The notes: generated by a model from the letters alone, not told the origin. Counted from the stretch's first letter, positions 37,616-48,660 are shown. The stretch is 64,000 nt of DNA from Ferruginibacter sp. (GCA_014379625.1 JACMLJ010000072.1:15184-79183); one strand, 5' to 3'. A program made the numbers and translations.

Positions 37616-38005
37616 TTAGGAGCCGGGGGTCATAAACCCATCCAGGTCCCGCTTGTCTTTTTTTGTAGGCCTGCCTACTTTACTCATTCGCTTGCCGGTA
37701 TGGAAAACCGCGGCCTGGAATTGAATGCGGTCTAATTCTTCAGGCGGTGTAATATCTGCGTAATATTTAATCGCTTCGCTATATTGTACCCGATGATCCA
37801 ATAGCCCCGTTACTTTAATTACCCATCGTTTGTTCTCCGTCTTCACCTCGTATTCATCACCCGCATTCACTGTTTTTGCGGCCTTTACATTAATCGCGTT
37901 AAGTTTTACTTTGTTATTGTCACAGGCATCAGCCGCCTGGCTCCTTGTTTTAAAAAGCCGGATGGCCCATAAGTATTTATCAATGCGTATTTTTTCTGTT
38001 TCCAT
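37616..38005 (-). CDS. S4-domain RNA-binding protein (Hsp15/HslR-like)
   Basis: 129 aa. IRIDKYLWAIRLFKTRSQAADAC..NKVKLN is a typical S4/Hsp15 N-terminus. Confidence 0.8.
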   Translation of the reverse strand: METEKIRIDKYLWAIRLFKTRSQAADACDNNKVKLNAINVKAAKTVNAGDEYEVKTENKRWVIKVTGLLDHRVQYSEAIKYYADITPPEELDRIQFQAAVFHTGKRMSKVGRPTKKDKRDLDGFMTPGS

Positions 38006-38137
38006 CCGGTAAAATTAAATGCTTTTCTTTTTATTGCGTCAATTCCAAAAGGTATTCCCGGTGCCCATCAAAAAAGTCGCATTCAAAAAGCCCGGATTTT
38101 ATTTATTTATCCTTTCATGTTCTTTCTTATAAACTAT

Positions 38138-38172
38138 AAAAAAACAGGTAATTTATAAGTTACCTGTTTTTT
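38138..38172 (-). terminator. hairpin with flanking A/T runs after the TonB-dependent receptor
   Basis: ACAGGTAA (38144-38151) pairs with TTACCTGT (38160-38167). An A6 run lies before it and a T5 run after it. Confidence 0.7.
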
Positions 38173-38191
38173 ATGATTTTAAAAACCGCTA

Positions 38192-41100
38192 TTAAAAAAT
38201 ATACCTTAATCCAAACTGCATTTGCCAGCGGGAAATCAGGTCAGGACTGGTGGTGAATGTATTTTTTTGTGATGGGTCAAAGGTGAATACCGGGGTGCCG
38301 GTGGTACCCACAGCCACCGACAATGGCTGGTAAAAGCCTGCAGTTGTGGCGTATTTACGAACACCCCATTTACTGCTGATCATGTTGCCAAAATTCTGGA
38401 TATCGATGCTAAACTGCACCGTGCTTTTTTTGCCACCGGCAGTAAAATTAAAATCCTGCAAGATCCTTACATCTAACTGGCCAAACCAGGGAGTTTCACC
38501 GGCATATTTTTCAGTAAATTTTCCGCGTCTGCTGGTTAGATAATCATCCTGGGCGATAAAACTTTTCAAGGCTGCCTGCTGTGCCGCCGCCGGTTGAATA
38601 ACTCCGTTTACATCCCTATAAGACGAGTTAAACTGCATCGTGCTTATCTCCGCATCAGTGGGCACATACAACAGGTCGTTACTGCCTGTGCCATCATTAT
38701 TGATATCTCCCCCATACACATAAGCAAAACGGTCACCACTTACCCAATTGGAAAAGAAAGAGATGGTGGTGCCATATGCATTGGCTTTACCATAATCAAA
38801 TCTTTTAATTCCTGCCAGTACAAAACGATGCGTATTGCCATACAGTGAAGTTGAATTTTCTGCTTTGTTCGCATTATTTAAAATAGGGTTCCGGTCAAAT
38901 GCATCACTGGAGATTTCTGCCGAAATAGAACTGGCATCTTTAGACACTAAATAATTATAAGATGTCTGCAGGTACAATCCTTTTTTAAAACTTTGCTGCG
39001 CCTGCAAACTAACATTAAACTGGTATCCTTTGTCAGTATTGGTAAATACATACGTTTGATTGGCAAATGCCCCGTCGGTTCCTTTATCCGCTGGTCTATA
39101 AATTTTTCTGTTATCCCCTGTACCCGAACTAAGGGTTCCGGTGGGTGTGCCTAAATTATAATTCCGAACCATCATGGCTTTTTGATCTTTTGAATAAGCA
39201 ATATCTGCTGAGAACACGGTACCGTAAGGTATTTTAAAATCCAGTCCCAAATTGCTTCTCCATATTTGCGGCCACCTGAAATTACTTGCAGTGGCATTAT
39301 AAAAACCTGTGAAAGGGTTAGCCTGCTGATTGCCGATCCATACAAAGGGGAAACGGCCGGTAAATAAACCCGAGCCTCCTCTCAACTGAATTGTTTTATC
39401 TCCTGTAACATCCCAGTTAAAACCTATCCTGGGCGAAAACAAAGGCTTTTGAGTAGGAAATTTTGTATTGTCTAATTGCTTCCCCTGGCCATTGGAAATC
39501 CTGTTTCCATTTTCGTCAAACAATACCTGGTTGTCGTTATTGGCAACTGTTGGCGATCCTTCTGTATAATTACCTTTAAAAGTGCCATCCAGGTTGGTGT
39601 TGGGTGTTTTGTAACTGGCATTGCCATAGCTTGGTGCGTCTATCCTTAAACCATAAGTTACCCTGAAATTTTTACCCGCCTTCCATTCATCCTGGACATA
39701 AGCCGAAAGTTGCGCCACCGTTAAATAATAAAATGTCCATACACCTGCTGCAGCACGGTTTTTTGCATACGATTGTGCTGCTGATATCGGTTCTAATCCG
39801 CTGAAATCAGGTTTTAATAAAAAAGGCTGGTCGGTTCTTACTTTTGTCAGAAAGTCGCTGATATCATTAAAATTACTGAAGATACCATTTCCATAACCCT
39901 GCAGGTTAAACGAGTTGGCAAACTTAAATGACTCGTAAGACGCTCCAACCGTGAGTGTATGTTTGGGTAAAATAATATTGAAATTATTGGTGGCCTGGAA
40001 TGCATCCTGGTTTAAAATGTTGTTGATGGAAAATGGTTCCTGCCCGGCAACGATATACGTTACATTGTTTTTAAATAAATTAACTACAGGGAAAGGGGCT
40101 GAAAACGGATCCCTGCTATCCCTGAACCTTGTATATACCAGTCTTAATTTATTGGCATATTTACTACCGAAAGATGATTTTAATTCGGTGCCGAATGATT
40201 GTAGTTTGTTGTTAATGCGGTATCCGGAATTACGAAATTGAAGGGTGGTAAAATCAGGCCCCCTGCGACTGATGGCGCTCGGGTGCGCAGGCTTTTCTTT
40301 GGAAGCATCCAGGCCATTATAGGTAAAGGACAAGCTGTTGTTATTGTTGATCACCCAATCTAATTTTGCCAGCCATTTGTAACTTTTCTGTTTATAATTA
40401 AATCCCTGGTAGTCGCCGGTTTCATAATTATAATTTCTTTTCAGAATGGCACGCACTGAATCAAGATCTGCCTGCAATACCCTGGAAGTATTGCCCTTGC
40501 CCGCGTTACTGCTATTTTGCGCTACATAGCTGGTGGGGGCATCGCTCCTTTGTTCGGTTTCAAAGCTTACAAAATAATATATTTTGTTTTTTTTGATCGC
40601 ACCGCCCAATGCAAGCCCCACCTGGTAATGGTCCAGTTTGGGAACTACTACTTTGTTGCCATCTACTTTTTTGCCGGTAAGCCCCTCGTTCCTGTAAAAA
40701 CCGTAAGCTGTTCCTGCAAAAACATTGCTGCCACTTTTGGTAACCGTGTTCACGCCCGCCCCTGTAAATCCTGCCTGGGTAACATCATAAGGCGCTATAT
40801 TTACCTGTATCTGGTCAATGGCATCTAATGATACGGGTTGTGAGCCCGATTGTCCCCCAGGTGTTGGCGCATCCAAACCAAAGGGATTATTAAATACCGC
40901 TCCATCTAAAGAGTAATTATTATATTGGCCGTTTCTGCCTGCAAATGAAGTTCCGTTGATAGTAGCCGATGCCGATGGAGTTAACCGGGTATAATCGTCC
41001 GCCGACCTGGAAATAGTTGGCAGTTGCCGGATCTGGCGCGAACTGATATTGGTGGATGCACCGGTACGCTGGTTGTCAAATATTTTGGATTTGGCGCTAA

Positions 41101-41467
41101 CCAATACACCTTCTAAACTAACTGAAGTGGTTTCCATTTTAAAATCCACTGACGTATTCTGTCCCAATTCGAGCGAGATCTCACCCTCTGTCTTCTCCTG
41201 GTAACCGGTGTACGTCACCGTTACTTTGTAAGGCCCGCCCACCCTAAGGTTGGGCACCAGGAAGGTACCATCTGACTGTGTAGTCGTTAACTTGTTGATT
41301 CCTGCATTAGGAAACGAAATCTTTACAGTGGCTGCGGACAGGGCTTTCCCGTCTGTGCCGGTTACCGTGCCGCTGATGGTTGCTGTTGTTACCTGCGCTT
41401 CAGCTTGTAAGCATAAAATAGTTGAAATCAAAGCAATAATTGCTTTAGGTAGTTTTGGTAATCTCAT
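38192..41467 (-). CDS. TonB-dependent receptor with N-terminal carboxypeptidase-regulatory-like domain (Oar-like)
   Basis: 1091 aa with a signal peptide. ISGTVTGTDGKALSAATVKI matches CarboxypepD_reg. The plug-like region is followed by a long beta-barrel ending ..FGLRYIF. Confidence 0.85.
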   Translation of the reverse strand: MRLPKLPKAIIALISTILCLQAEAQVTTATISGTVTGTDGKALSAATVKISFPNAGINKLTTTQSDGTFLVPNLRVGGPYKVTVTYTGYQEKTEGEISLELGQNTSVDFKMETTSVSLEGVLVSAKSKIFDNQRTGASTNISSRQIRQLPTISRSADDYTRLTPSASATINGTSFAGRNGQYNNYSLDGAVFNNPFGLDAPTPGGQSGSQPVSLDAIDQIQVNIAPYDVTQAGFTGAGVNTVTKSGSNVFAGTAYGFYRNEGLTGKKVDGNKVVVPKLDHYQVGLALGGAIKKNKIYYFVSFETEQRSDAPTSYVAQNSSNAGKGNTSRVLQADLDSVRAILKRNYNYETGDYQGFNYKQKSYKWLAKLDWVINNNNSLSFTYNGLDASKEKPAHPSAISRRGPDFTTLQFRNSGYRINNKLQSFGTELKSSFGSKYANKLRLVYTRFRDSRDPFSAPFPVVNLFKNNVTYIVAGQEPFSINNILNQDAFQATNNFNIILPKHTLTVGASYESFKFANSFNLQGYGNGIFSNFNDISDFLTKVRTDQPFLLKPDFSGLEPISAAQSYAKNRAAAGVWTFYYLTVAQLSAYVQDEWKAGKNFRVTYGLRIDAPSYGNASYKTPNTNLDGTFKGNYTEGSPTVANNDNQVLFDENGNRISNGQGKQLDNTKFPTQKPLFSPRIGFNWDVTGDKTIQLRGGSGLFTGRFPFVWIGNQQANPFTGFYNATASNFRWPQIWRSNLGLDFKIPYGTVFSADIAYSKDQKAMMVRNYNLGTPTGTLSSGTGDNRKIYRPADKGTDGAFANQTYVFTNTDKGYQFNVSLQAQQSFKKGLYLQTSYNYLVSKDASSISAEISSDAFDRNPILNNANKAENSTSLYGNTHRFVLAGIKRFDYGKANAYGTTISFFSNWVSGDRFAYVYGGDINNDGTGSNDLLYVPTDAEISTMQFNSSYRDVNGVIQPAAAQQAALKSFIAQDDYLTSRRGKFTEKYAGETPWFGQLDVRILQDFNFTAGGKKSTVQFSIDIQNFGNMISSKWGVRKYATTAGFYQPLSVAVGTTGTPVFTFDPSQKNTFTTSPDLISRWQMQFGLRYIF

Positions 41468-41667
41468 ATATTTATTAGTTTGGATATAAAAATAATAACA
41501 AAACCTTAATAGTGAATATTATATTTCGGAATTGTTAAGAAATTGTGGTTTTTTTAAAGCTGTAATCCTAAAACAAACTGATATATTTTTAATTTAACTA
41601 TTTAGATATCGGTCATAAAAAAAACCGAAGGTATAAGCCTGCGGTATTTTAAATATACTGTAAAAAA

Positions 41668-43038
41668 TTACCTGCTCATCTCTGTAAAATACTGGTGAAA
41701 ATATGGAATGGTTGCTATGCCCTTATAAAAATTATCTACATTAAATTTTTCATTCGGGCTGTGCAGGTTATCACTATCCAGGCCAAAACCCATAAATACA
41801 ATTTTAACGCCGAGTTCTTTTTCAAACAATGCACAGATAGGAATGCTTCCACCGCCACGTACCGGGATAGGCGCTTTTCCAAAAGTGGCTTCTATCGCTT
41901 TTGCCGCGGCCTGGTATGCCTTACTGTCAATTGGGGTCATGTAAGGCTCGCCCCCATGATGTTCAAAGGCATCGACTGTAACACCCGGGGGAGCAATTTT
42001 TTTAAAATGTTCGAGCAATAAGGCGGTCATTTTTTCCGATGACTGGTTGGGTACCAGGCGGGCAGATATTTTCGCCATAGCCTTAGCGGGTAAAACCGTT
42101 TTTGCGCCTTCACCCTGGTAACCACCCCATATTCCGTTCAATTCCAAAGTAGGACGTATGCCTGTTCTTTCATTGGTAGTAAATCCTTTTTCGCCCCACA
42201 ATTCTTTCACACCCAGGTCTTCTTTATAATCCTTTTCATCATAGGGCGCTGCAGCCATTAATTTTCTTTCTTCATCCGTTGCAACCAACACATCATCATA
42301 AAAACCAGGAATGGTGATATGGTTATTTTCGTCATGGCAGGATGCAATCATTTTGGCAAGCATCGTTATGGGGTTTGCTACCGCTCCGCCATATACGCCG
42401 CTGTGTAGGTCGCGGTTAGGGCCGGTTACCGTCACTTCAATATAACTTAGTCCGCGCACACCAATATCAATACTCGGCGTATCCAGGCTAATCATGGCGG
42501 TATCACTGATCAGCACTACATCCGCTTTCAGTAAATCTTTATGGGATGCAACAAATTTGCCCAGGTTTGGAGAACCCACTTCTTCTTCTCCTTCAATACA
42601 AAACTTAATATTATTGGTAAGTGTATCAGTCTGTATCATCGTTTCCAAAGCCTTCACGTGCATGTAAAACTGGCCTTTATCATCGCAACTTCCACGGGCA
42701 AAAATTTTCCCGTCAATAATTACCGGTTCAAAGGGCCCGCTGTTCCAAAGCTCAAGTGGTTCAGCAGGTTGCACATCGTAATGCCCATACACCAATACGG
42801 TGGGTTTTGAAGGATCGATTATTTTCTCTCCAACTACAATCGGGTGTCCTTCGGTAGGGTAGATGTCCACTTTATCTGCACCCGCTTCCAATAAACGTTG
42901 TTGCACACTTGCGGCACAGGTTACCATATCTGCCTTGTTTTCTTTTTTTGCGCTAACACTGGGTATGCGCAACAACTCCAGTAGTTCGCTTAAAAAACGA
43001 TCCTGGTTTTTTTCCTGGTAATCTTTCCAAACTTGCAT
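41668..43038 (-). CDS. M20-family dipeptidase / metallo-hydrolase
   Basis: 456 aa with the motifs LLRIPSVS, VYGHYDVQP, ARGSCDDKGQ and GEEEVGS, typical of M20 peptidases. Confidence 0.85.
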   Translation of the reverse strand: MQVWKDYQEKNQDRFLSELLELLRIPSVSAKKENKADMVTCAASVQQRLLEAGADKVDIYPTEGHPIVVGEKIIDPSKPTVLVYGHYDVQPAEPLELWNSGPFEPVIIDGKIFARGSCDDKGQFYMHVKALETMIQTDTLTNNIKFCIEGEEEVGSPNLGKFVASHKDLLKADVVLISDTAMISLDTPSIDIGVRGLSYIEVTVTGPNRDLHSGVYGGAVANPITMLAKMIASCHDENNHITIPGFYDDVLVATDEERKLMAAAPYDEKDYKEDLGVKELWGEKGFTTNERTGIRPTLELNGIWGGYQGEGAKTVLPAKAMAKISARLVPNQSSEKMTALLLEHFKKIAPPGVTVDAFEHHGGEPYMTPIDSKAYQAAAKAIEATFGKAPIPVRGGGSIPICALFEKELGVKIVFMGFGLDSDNLHSPNEKFNVDNFYKGIATIPYFHQYFTEMSR

Positions 43039-43294
43039 CCTGCTAATTATTTTTAATATGAAAAAGAGATGAAATAGGAAAACGAAATTAGGTCTTTTTC
43101 GTCGTCATTCTTTTGCTGTTTTAATAACATAAGTTTACGAAAAATAAAGTAAAATCCGGGGGCTGTTTTATAAATAGCTCACTAACTTTGTTCCAGATTG
43201 TCAGCCAATTTTTCAGCCTTTGGTTTAGTTGTATGTAATCAATACTTCCGGGTCAAAGGCTGAGTCTATTTACAGCGGTTGTTCACGCAGATCA

Positions 43295-43834
43295 TTAATC
43301 AGTTTTTATTTTTTGGTACAATATCAATGATCCGGATGTTATGATATACATGACGGCCGCTAAAATGATGATCCATTTTGTAATAGAAAAAATAAAGGTT
43401 AATAACGAACAACCATCGGATATATGGCCCTGTAAAGTAATCAGCATCCCCACATTTTCAAACACATCCAACAACCCTGCCGCCAGGGTTAGCTTCGCCG
43501 TCAACCGGCCGGTAATCCATAAAAAACCACTGAATGATACCGCAATTAATTTACAGGTATGGTATAAAAAAAGCGAATAGAAGAAAAGAAAAATAAAATC
43601 AAAAAAAGTATTGTTTTTTGCGGCGGGTATCTTGTCAACAGGGCCATTCTTCCACGCATTAATAACGGTAAAGGCTTTTTCGGAGCTGTAGGCAAATTCA
43701 AGATCAATGATACCTATTGCAGTGGCAGGCGTTTTAAGTGTCGCACCGGTTTTTGCCATTACCGCCATCATTACCAATGTGCCTGCAAACAAAAAAAGCA
43801 GGCGGTACCTGTTATTAATGCGGTGTTTGCACAA
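43295..43834 (-). CDS. integral membrane protein, unknown function
   Basis: 179 aa with a TTG start 1 nt after the SOD stop. It has about 5 predicted TM helices. No family recognised. Confidence 0.55.
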   Translation of the reverse strand: MCKHRINNRYRLLFLFAGTLVMMAVMAKTGATLKTPATAIGIIDLEFAYSSEKAFTVINAWKNGPVDKIPAAKNNTFFDFIFLFFYSLFLYHTCKLIAVSFSGFLWITGRLTAKLTLAAGLLDVFENVGMLITLQGHISDGCSLLTFIFSITKWIIILAAVMYIITSGSLILYQKIKTD

Positions 43835-43835
43835 G

Positions 43836-44582
43836 TCAGATGCTGTTAAATCTTTCGGCTACATAGTTCCAGTTCAGGACCTTCCAGAAGTTTTCAATAT
43901 AGTCAGGCCTCCGGTTTTGATATTTTAAATAATAGGCATGTTCCCACACATCTATTCCAAATAAGGGGAAGCCTTTTAGTTCCGCGATATCCATTAAAGG
44001 ATTATCCTGGTTGGGGGTAGAGCCTGCTACTAATTTTTTATCTTTTGTAAAAACCAGCCAGGCCCATCCGCTTCCAAACCTTGTTTTGGCTGCTTCGGTC
44101 AGTTGTTTTTTCATTTCATCCAATGACCCAAAGTCTTTTTCTATAGCGGTTAATAATTTTCCGGTAGGTTTGGCGTTGGCGTTAGCACCCATAGATTTCC
44201 AAAATAACTCATGGTTGTAATGGCCCCCGCCATTATTGCGCATTTTGACGGAGTATTTTGAAATTTTATGCAGCACGTCTTCAAGCGGTTTTGTCATGTC
44301 CACTTTTTCAGCCACTGCAGCTTCCTTTAAGTTTTTACTGTAAGCGGAAGCATGCTTATTATAATGAATATCCATGGTTTGGGCATCGATGGATGGTTCA
44401 AGTGCGTTATATGGATATGGGAGCGGTTGCTGATCAAAACCTGTTTTAAGGTTGTTAGAAAAAGGGAATTTGGTATTGCTCCCGGCAGCCATTAATGAGT
44501 TGAGCGATGGCAAAGCTATTAATGTTGCCACGCCGGCTTTAGCCGACTTTTCTATGAAATTTCTCCTGCTGGTTTGTTTCAT
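43836..44582 (-). CDS. Fe/Mn superoxide dismutase with twin-arginine (Tat) signal
   Basis: 248 aa. SRRNFIEKSAKAGVATLIALP is a Tat-type leader. SOD motifs are HYNKHH-like (IHYNKHASAY), GGGHYNHELFW and DVWEHAYYLKYQNRRPDY. Confidence 0.9.
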   Translation of the reverse strand: MKQTSRRNFIEKSAKAGVATLIALPSLNSLMAAGSNTKFPFSNNLKTGFDQQPLPYPYNALEPSIDAQTMDIHYNKHASAYSKNLKEAAVAEKVDMTKPLEDVLHKISKYSVKMRNNGGGHYNHELFWKSMGANANAKPTGKLLTAIEKDFGSLDEMKKQLTEAAKTRFGSGWAWLVFTKDKKLVAGSTPNQDNPLMDIAELKGFPLFGIDVWEHAYYLKYQNRRPDYIENFWKVLNWNYVAERFNSI

Positions 44583-44605
44583 GGTGTAAATTTTATAATA
44601 TAAAT

Positions 44606-46060
44606 TTAGCTAAACTTTTTTGTTCGGTTAAACATATTAGCCACAGGTTTAAAAAAAGGGCGGATAGTTTTAAAAAAGCGGTAATAAAATTCTTTATTGA
44701 ACAATTGAGAATCATGCATCGCCTTGTAAGTCAGCAACGCGCCCAATGGAGCCAATACCAATATAGACAACCACATTCCTACAAAAGGAGTGGTAATATC
44801 GTCTTTCACGAATTTTTCGCCAAACATATTGAGTAAATGAAATAACAGGAAAAATATTATGGCTACAACCAGGGGCATTCCTAACCCACCTTTCCGGATG
44901 ATGGAACCCAGCGGGGCGCCAATAAAAAACAATACTAAGCAGGCTAAAGAAAGGGAGAATTTCCGGTGCCACTCTATCAGGTTATTGCGTAAATCTTTTT
45001 GCTTATTGTCCCATTCTGACCCGGAAAACTGGTAGGCATTTTTCATTGTGTTGGCGATGCTCACCGAATTTTCAAACACTATAAATTTGGCCGAATCCGG
45101 TACCAGCTCTGCGAAACTTTTAATTTTCTTTTGTATTGGTAACGCTTTTTTCCATACACTATCCGGCGGGTTGTGATAATGGAGTTGATTGCTCACTTCT
45201 ATACGCAACCTTTTACCAGAACTGTCTGCTGCCTTACTTAGTGAATCAATTGATGTATTCAGTTGCCGTACACTCAGCATCTTGTAATCATTTTTAAAAA
45301 TACTGTCCGGTGTATTCATCATCTGCAACGAACTAAGGTCAAATAATTTTTTATATTCCTTAAATCCCAATCGTATAAATTCAGTACTGGTATCCATCGA
45401 ATTACCACGTTCCTGGTACCTGAAGCCATTGTACAGGGTAAACTCCAGGAATTTTTTATCACCCGAAAAACCCATCGTTCCTTTTTCGGCGATGATACTG
45501 TTGTCCTGCAACATGGGTTGCTGTTCATAGATCAGCACATTGTGTATGGTTTTTCCATCGCTGTCTTTTTTTCCAACTTTAATGGCATATCCCGGGATAT
45601 GATTGTAAAATGTACCCTGTTTAAGATCAAGCGCAGGTTTTTTATAAGTGATGTCGTAATAAAGCGTTTTAAATTTCAGGTTGGCGTAAGGGATAACATA
45701 ATTGGCGAAAAGAAAGGTAATGCCGCAAAGTAAAATAGACACCAGCATCAGGGGACGCATAAAACGCAATAAAGAAATACCAGCGGATTTGATAGCCACC
45801 AGTTCAAAACTTTCGCCCAGGTTACCAAATGTCATAATGGAAGATATAAGGATGGCGATGGGCATGGCCAGTGTAAGTAAAGAAGCGCTTGCATACCATA
45901 AAAATTTCCCGATCGTTAAAAGATCGAGATCCTTACCGACCAGGTCGTCAATGTATTTCCAAAGGCTCTGCATCATCAAAACAAAAAATGCAATAAAGAA
46001 TGTTGCGATAAACGGCCCTATAAATGATCTGAGAACAAGTTTGTCTAATTTTTTTATCAT
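44606..46060 (-). CDS. LptF/LptG-family (YjgP/YjgQ) permease
   Basis: 484 aa. It has the N-terminus LDKLVLRSFIGPFIATFFIAFFVLMMQ, six TM segments and a large periplasmic loop. Confidence 0.8.
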   Translation of the reverse strand: MIKKLDKLVLRSFIGPFIATFFIAFFVLMMQSLWKYIDDLVGKDLDLLTIGKFLWYASASLLTLAMPIAILISSIMTFGNLGESFELVAIKSAGISLLRFMRPLMLVSILLCGITFLFANYVIPYANLKFKTLYYDITYKKPALDLKQGTFYNHIPGYAIKVGKKDSDGKTIHNVLIYEQQPMLQDNSIIAEKGTMGFSGDKKFLEFTLYNGFRYQERGNSMDTSTEFIRLGFKEYKKLFDLSSLQMMNTPDSIFKNDYKMLSVRQLNTSIDSLSKAADSSGKRLRIEVSNQLHYHNPPDSVWKKALPIQKKIKSFAELVPDSAKFIVFENSVSIANTMKNAYQFSGSEWDNKQKDLRNNLIEWHRKFSLSLACLVLFFIGAPLGSIIRKGGLGMPLVVAIIFFLLFHLLNMFGEKFVKDDITTPFVGMWLSILVLAPLGALLTYKAMHDSQLFNKEFYYRFFKTIRPFFKPVANMFNRTKKFS

Positions 46061-46351
46061 ATACCCGGTCCCGCCTGTGACGGGAACTATTAAAAAGTTA
46101 TATTGTTTTTATAGTACAACTAAACAACTGCGCAAAGCTATGAACAATTTATCCCATGTTTGATCTTCCCTGAATATCTGCTTTCATATTTTTGTTATTT
46201 TTTATTTAACGGGAAGTGGCACCGGGCGGAGCCGGACTATGATCCCTGCAATGCTGAAAATAGTTGCTGCAAAATATTGCCGCCGCCATTTGAAAAAAAT
46301 CAGTCATCAAAAAATACGCATCAGGCATTAACATTGTAACTTGTAAATTGT

Positions 46352-47026
46352 ATGATGGGAAAAACAAAAATAGCCCTTTCTGCCAGTGAACAGGAACTGG
46401 TTTGTAATAAAGAATGGATTTTAACGAAACTTATTATTATAGAAAAAGTGTACCGGCTTTTTGGAATGCTGGCGCTTTCAATGGAGCAATACATTGAGCA
46501 AAACAAAGCAATATTACCGGTACAGGCCGGGCAAATCAATCCTAAAATATCACGTGGTGAAAATTACAGGGGCCTCCCTTATGTGATGATGGATTACCCG
46601 CGGCATTTTACAAAAGAATCCACATTGGCAATCCGTACCTTATTTTGGTGGGGAAATTTTTTCAGTATCCATCTTCAGTTATCCGGAGCTTGTAAAGAAA
46701 AGGCGATGGCCACATTGAAGGCAAACTTTGTGTGCTTACAACAAAAAGGCTACTCCTTATGTGTACACGCCGGGCCCTGGGAGCATCATTTTGAACCAGA
46801 TAACTATTTGCCTCTGGAGAATTACACTGCAAGGGATTTTGCAACCATACTTCACCGTGAGCCTTTCATTAAAATCGCAAAACGGATATCACTGCAGCAA
46901 TGGGATGCCGCACCGGGATTTTTAGAACAACATTTTTATGAGCTGGTAACTTTATTGCAAACTAATTTCCCAAACGATGAAAGAGGTCCTTCACCTGGTA
47001 TTCCCATAGCCGGCTTTGATCTTTGA
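46352..47026 (+). CDS. conserved hypothetical protein
   Basis: 224-aa ORF with no recognised motif. The last 65 nt overlap the convergent gene, so the C-terminal tail is suspect. Confidence 0.5.
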   Translation: MMGKTKIALSASEQELVCNKEWILTKLIIIEKVYRLFGMLALSMEQYIEQNKAILPVQAGQINPKISRGENYRGLPYVMMDYPRHFTKESTLAIRTLFWWGNFFSIHLQLSGACKEKAMATLKANFVCLQQKGYSLCVHAGPWEHHFEPDNYLPLENYTARDFATILHREPFIKIAKRISLQQWDAAPGFLEQHFYELVTLLQTNFPNDERGPSPGIPIAGFDL

Positions 47027-47342
47027 TATCTTTCTTTTCAGCAAAATCCTTAATCACCAAAATTGTCTGGTTGGTTACTTCAGATTTTTCAATACTGAAC
47101 TCAAAATATTCTTCTTTAGGGGCGTGCAACCAATGATAGCGGATATATTTGTCCTCTTCACCTTCCAGTAACTCCGCCTGCTCGTCAGAACCATTCCACG
47201 AAAAGCTAAATACTCCGTCTCTTTCATCTACCTTGTCTGCAAACCACTCCTGTAGTCCGGCAGGGGTACTCAAAAAATCATATAATATGCCTGGCGAACA
47301 TCTAACCGGGTATTCTAGCGTATACAAAACTTTCTTGCTCAT
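46962..47342 (-). CDS. START/AHSA1-like (SRPBCC) domain protein
   Basis: 126 aa. The pattern YTLEYPVRCSPGILYDFLSTPAGLQEWFADKV recalls Bacteroidota START-like proteins. Confidence 0.6.
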   Translation of the reverse strand: MSKKVLYTLEYPVRCSPGILYDFLSTPAGLQEWFADKVDERDGVFSFSWNGSDEQAELLEGEEDKYIRYHWLHAPKEEYFEFSIEKSEVTNQTILVIKDFAEKKDIKDQSRLWEYQVKDLFHRLGN

Positions 47343-47606
47343 CCAAATAATTTAAATTCATATAGAATAGTGCAATAATAACAAAATAATCGAGGCGACA
47401 AAATATTTTTTTAGCCAAACCTGTTAAACTTAATATGTCTATTTCTTAAACAACCCTTTTTTGCAGGGCCCCATCCTGGCAAATATTAATTATTTATTTG
47501 GTAACATATTATAAATACTATAAATTACGTTTAATAATATGTTTGCCCAACTAATTCCCTGAGCTATATCTTAACCTAACATCTAACACTTAAAACTTCC
47601 GGCCAT

Positions 47607-48482
47607 ATGAGTATGCGTCAACTCAAGATCACTAAATCTATCACTAATCGTGAAAGCCAGAGTTTAGAAAAATACCTTCAGGAAATCGGAAAAGTAGAAT
47701 TAATTACCCCAGAAGAAGAAGTTAAACTGGCAATACTTATTAAGCAGGGCGATCAGTTTGCTTTGGATAAATTAACGAAAGCCAATCTCCGTTTTGTGGT
47801 GTCCGTAGCAAAGCAATACCAGAACCAGGGGCTTACCTTACCCGACTTAATTAATGAAGGCAATGTGGGACTGATAAAAGCTGCGCAGCGATTTGATGAA
47901 ACCCGTGGCTTTAAATTTATTTCATACGCGGTATGGTGGATACGGCAAAGTATTTTACAGGCTTTGGCAGAGCAATCAAGGATTGTACGGTTGCCTTTAA
48001 ACAAGGTAGGGCTTACTAATCGTATCAGTAAGGCCTATTCGCAATTGGAACAGGAATACGAACGGGAGCCTACGTCTGAAGAGATCGCTTATTTATTGGA
48101 TCTCGAAACAGAGGAAGTGGCTGCTACTATTGGTGCGGCCGCAAGGCATATCAGCATGGACCAGCCATTTGCGGATGGTGAAGAAGGGTCGCTTATGGAT
48201 GTATTGGAGAACCCCAATGCAGAAAGTACCGACATGCATATTACTTTTAAAGTATCCTTATCTACGGAAATCGACCGTTCCTTGAGTACATTAACCGAAA
48301 GGCAAAAAGATGTTATCCGGTTTTTCTTCGGTATCGGGGTAGATCATCCGCTGAGCCTCGAAGATATTGGGGAAAGATATAGCCTTACCCGGGAAAGGGT
48401 GCGGCAAATAAAAGACAAGGCGATTACTAAATTGCGGTCTACCTCCCGCTGTAAGTTATTACGACCTTACCTCGGAGCTTAA
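47607..48482 (+). CDS. rpoD: primary RNA polymerase sigma factor (sigma-70 family)
   Basis: 291 aa. Motifs include [18 protein letters not shown], region 2 [25 protein letters not shown], and region 4 LTEREK-like ([14 protein letters not shown]). Confidence 0.9.
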   Translation: MSMRQLKITKSITNRESQSLEKYLQEIGKVELITPEEEVKLAILIKQGDQFALDKLTKANLRFVVSVAKQYQNQGLTLPDLINEGNVGLIKAAQRFDETRGFKFISYAVWWIRQSILQALAEQSRIVRLPLNKVGLTNRISKAYSQLEQEYEREPTSEEIAYLLDLETEEVAATIGAAARHISMDQPFADGEEGSLMDVLENPNAESTDMHITFKVSLSTEIDRSLSTLTERQKDVIRFFFGIGVDHPLSLEDIGERYSLTRERVRQIKDKAITKLRSTSRCKLLRPYLGA

Positions 48483-48510
48483 AGATTGCATACATTTGCA
48501 GTAAAATTAT

Positions 48511-48538
48511 AGTGAACTATCATGGTTCACTTTTTTTA
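48511..48538 (+). terminator. rho-independent terminator after rpoD
   Basis: AGTGAAC (48511-48517) pairs with GTTCACT (48525-48531) and is followed by T7. Confidence 0.75.
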
Positions 48539-48660
48539 TGGGATAATCTACAGCATGATCTGAAAATGTATATTCAAATAAAATCGGGAATAGCCACGCA
48601 GAGCATGTAGCTGGAAATTGCGCTCATAAATTATCATTCATAACTTATTATTCATAACTC

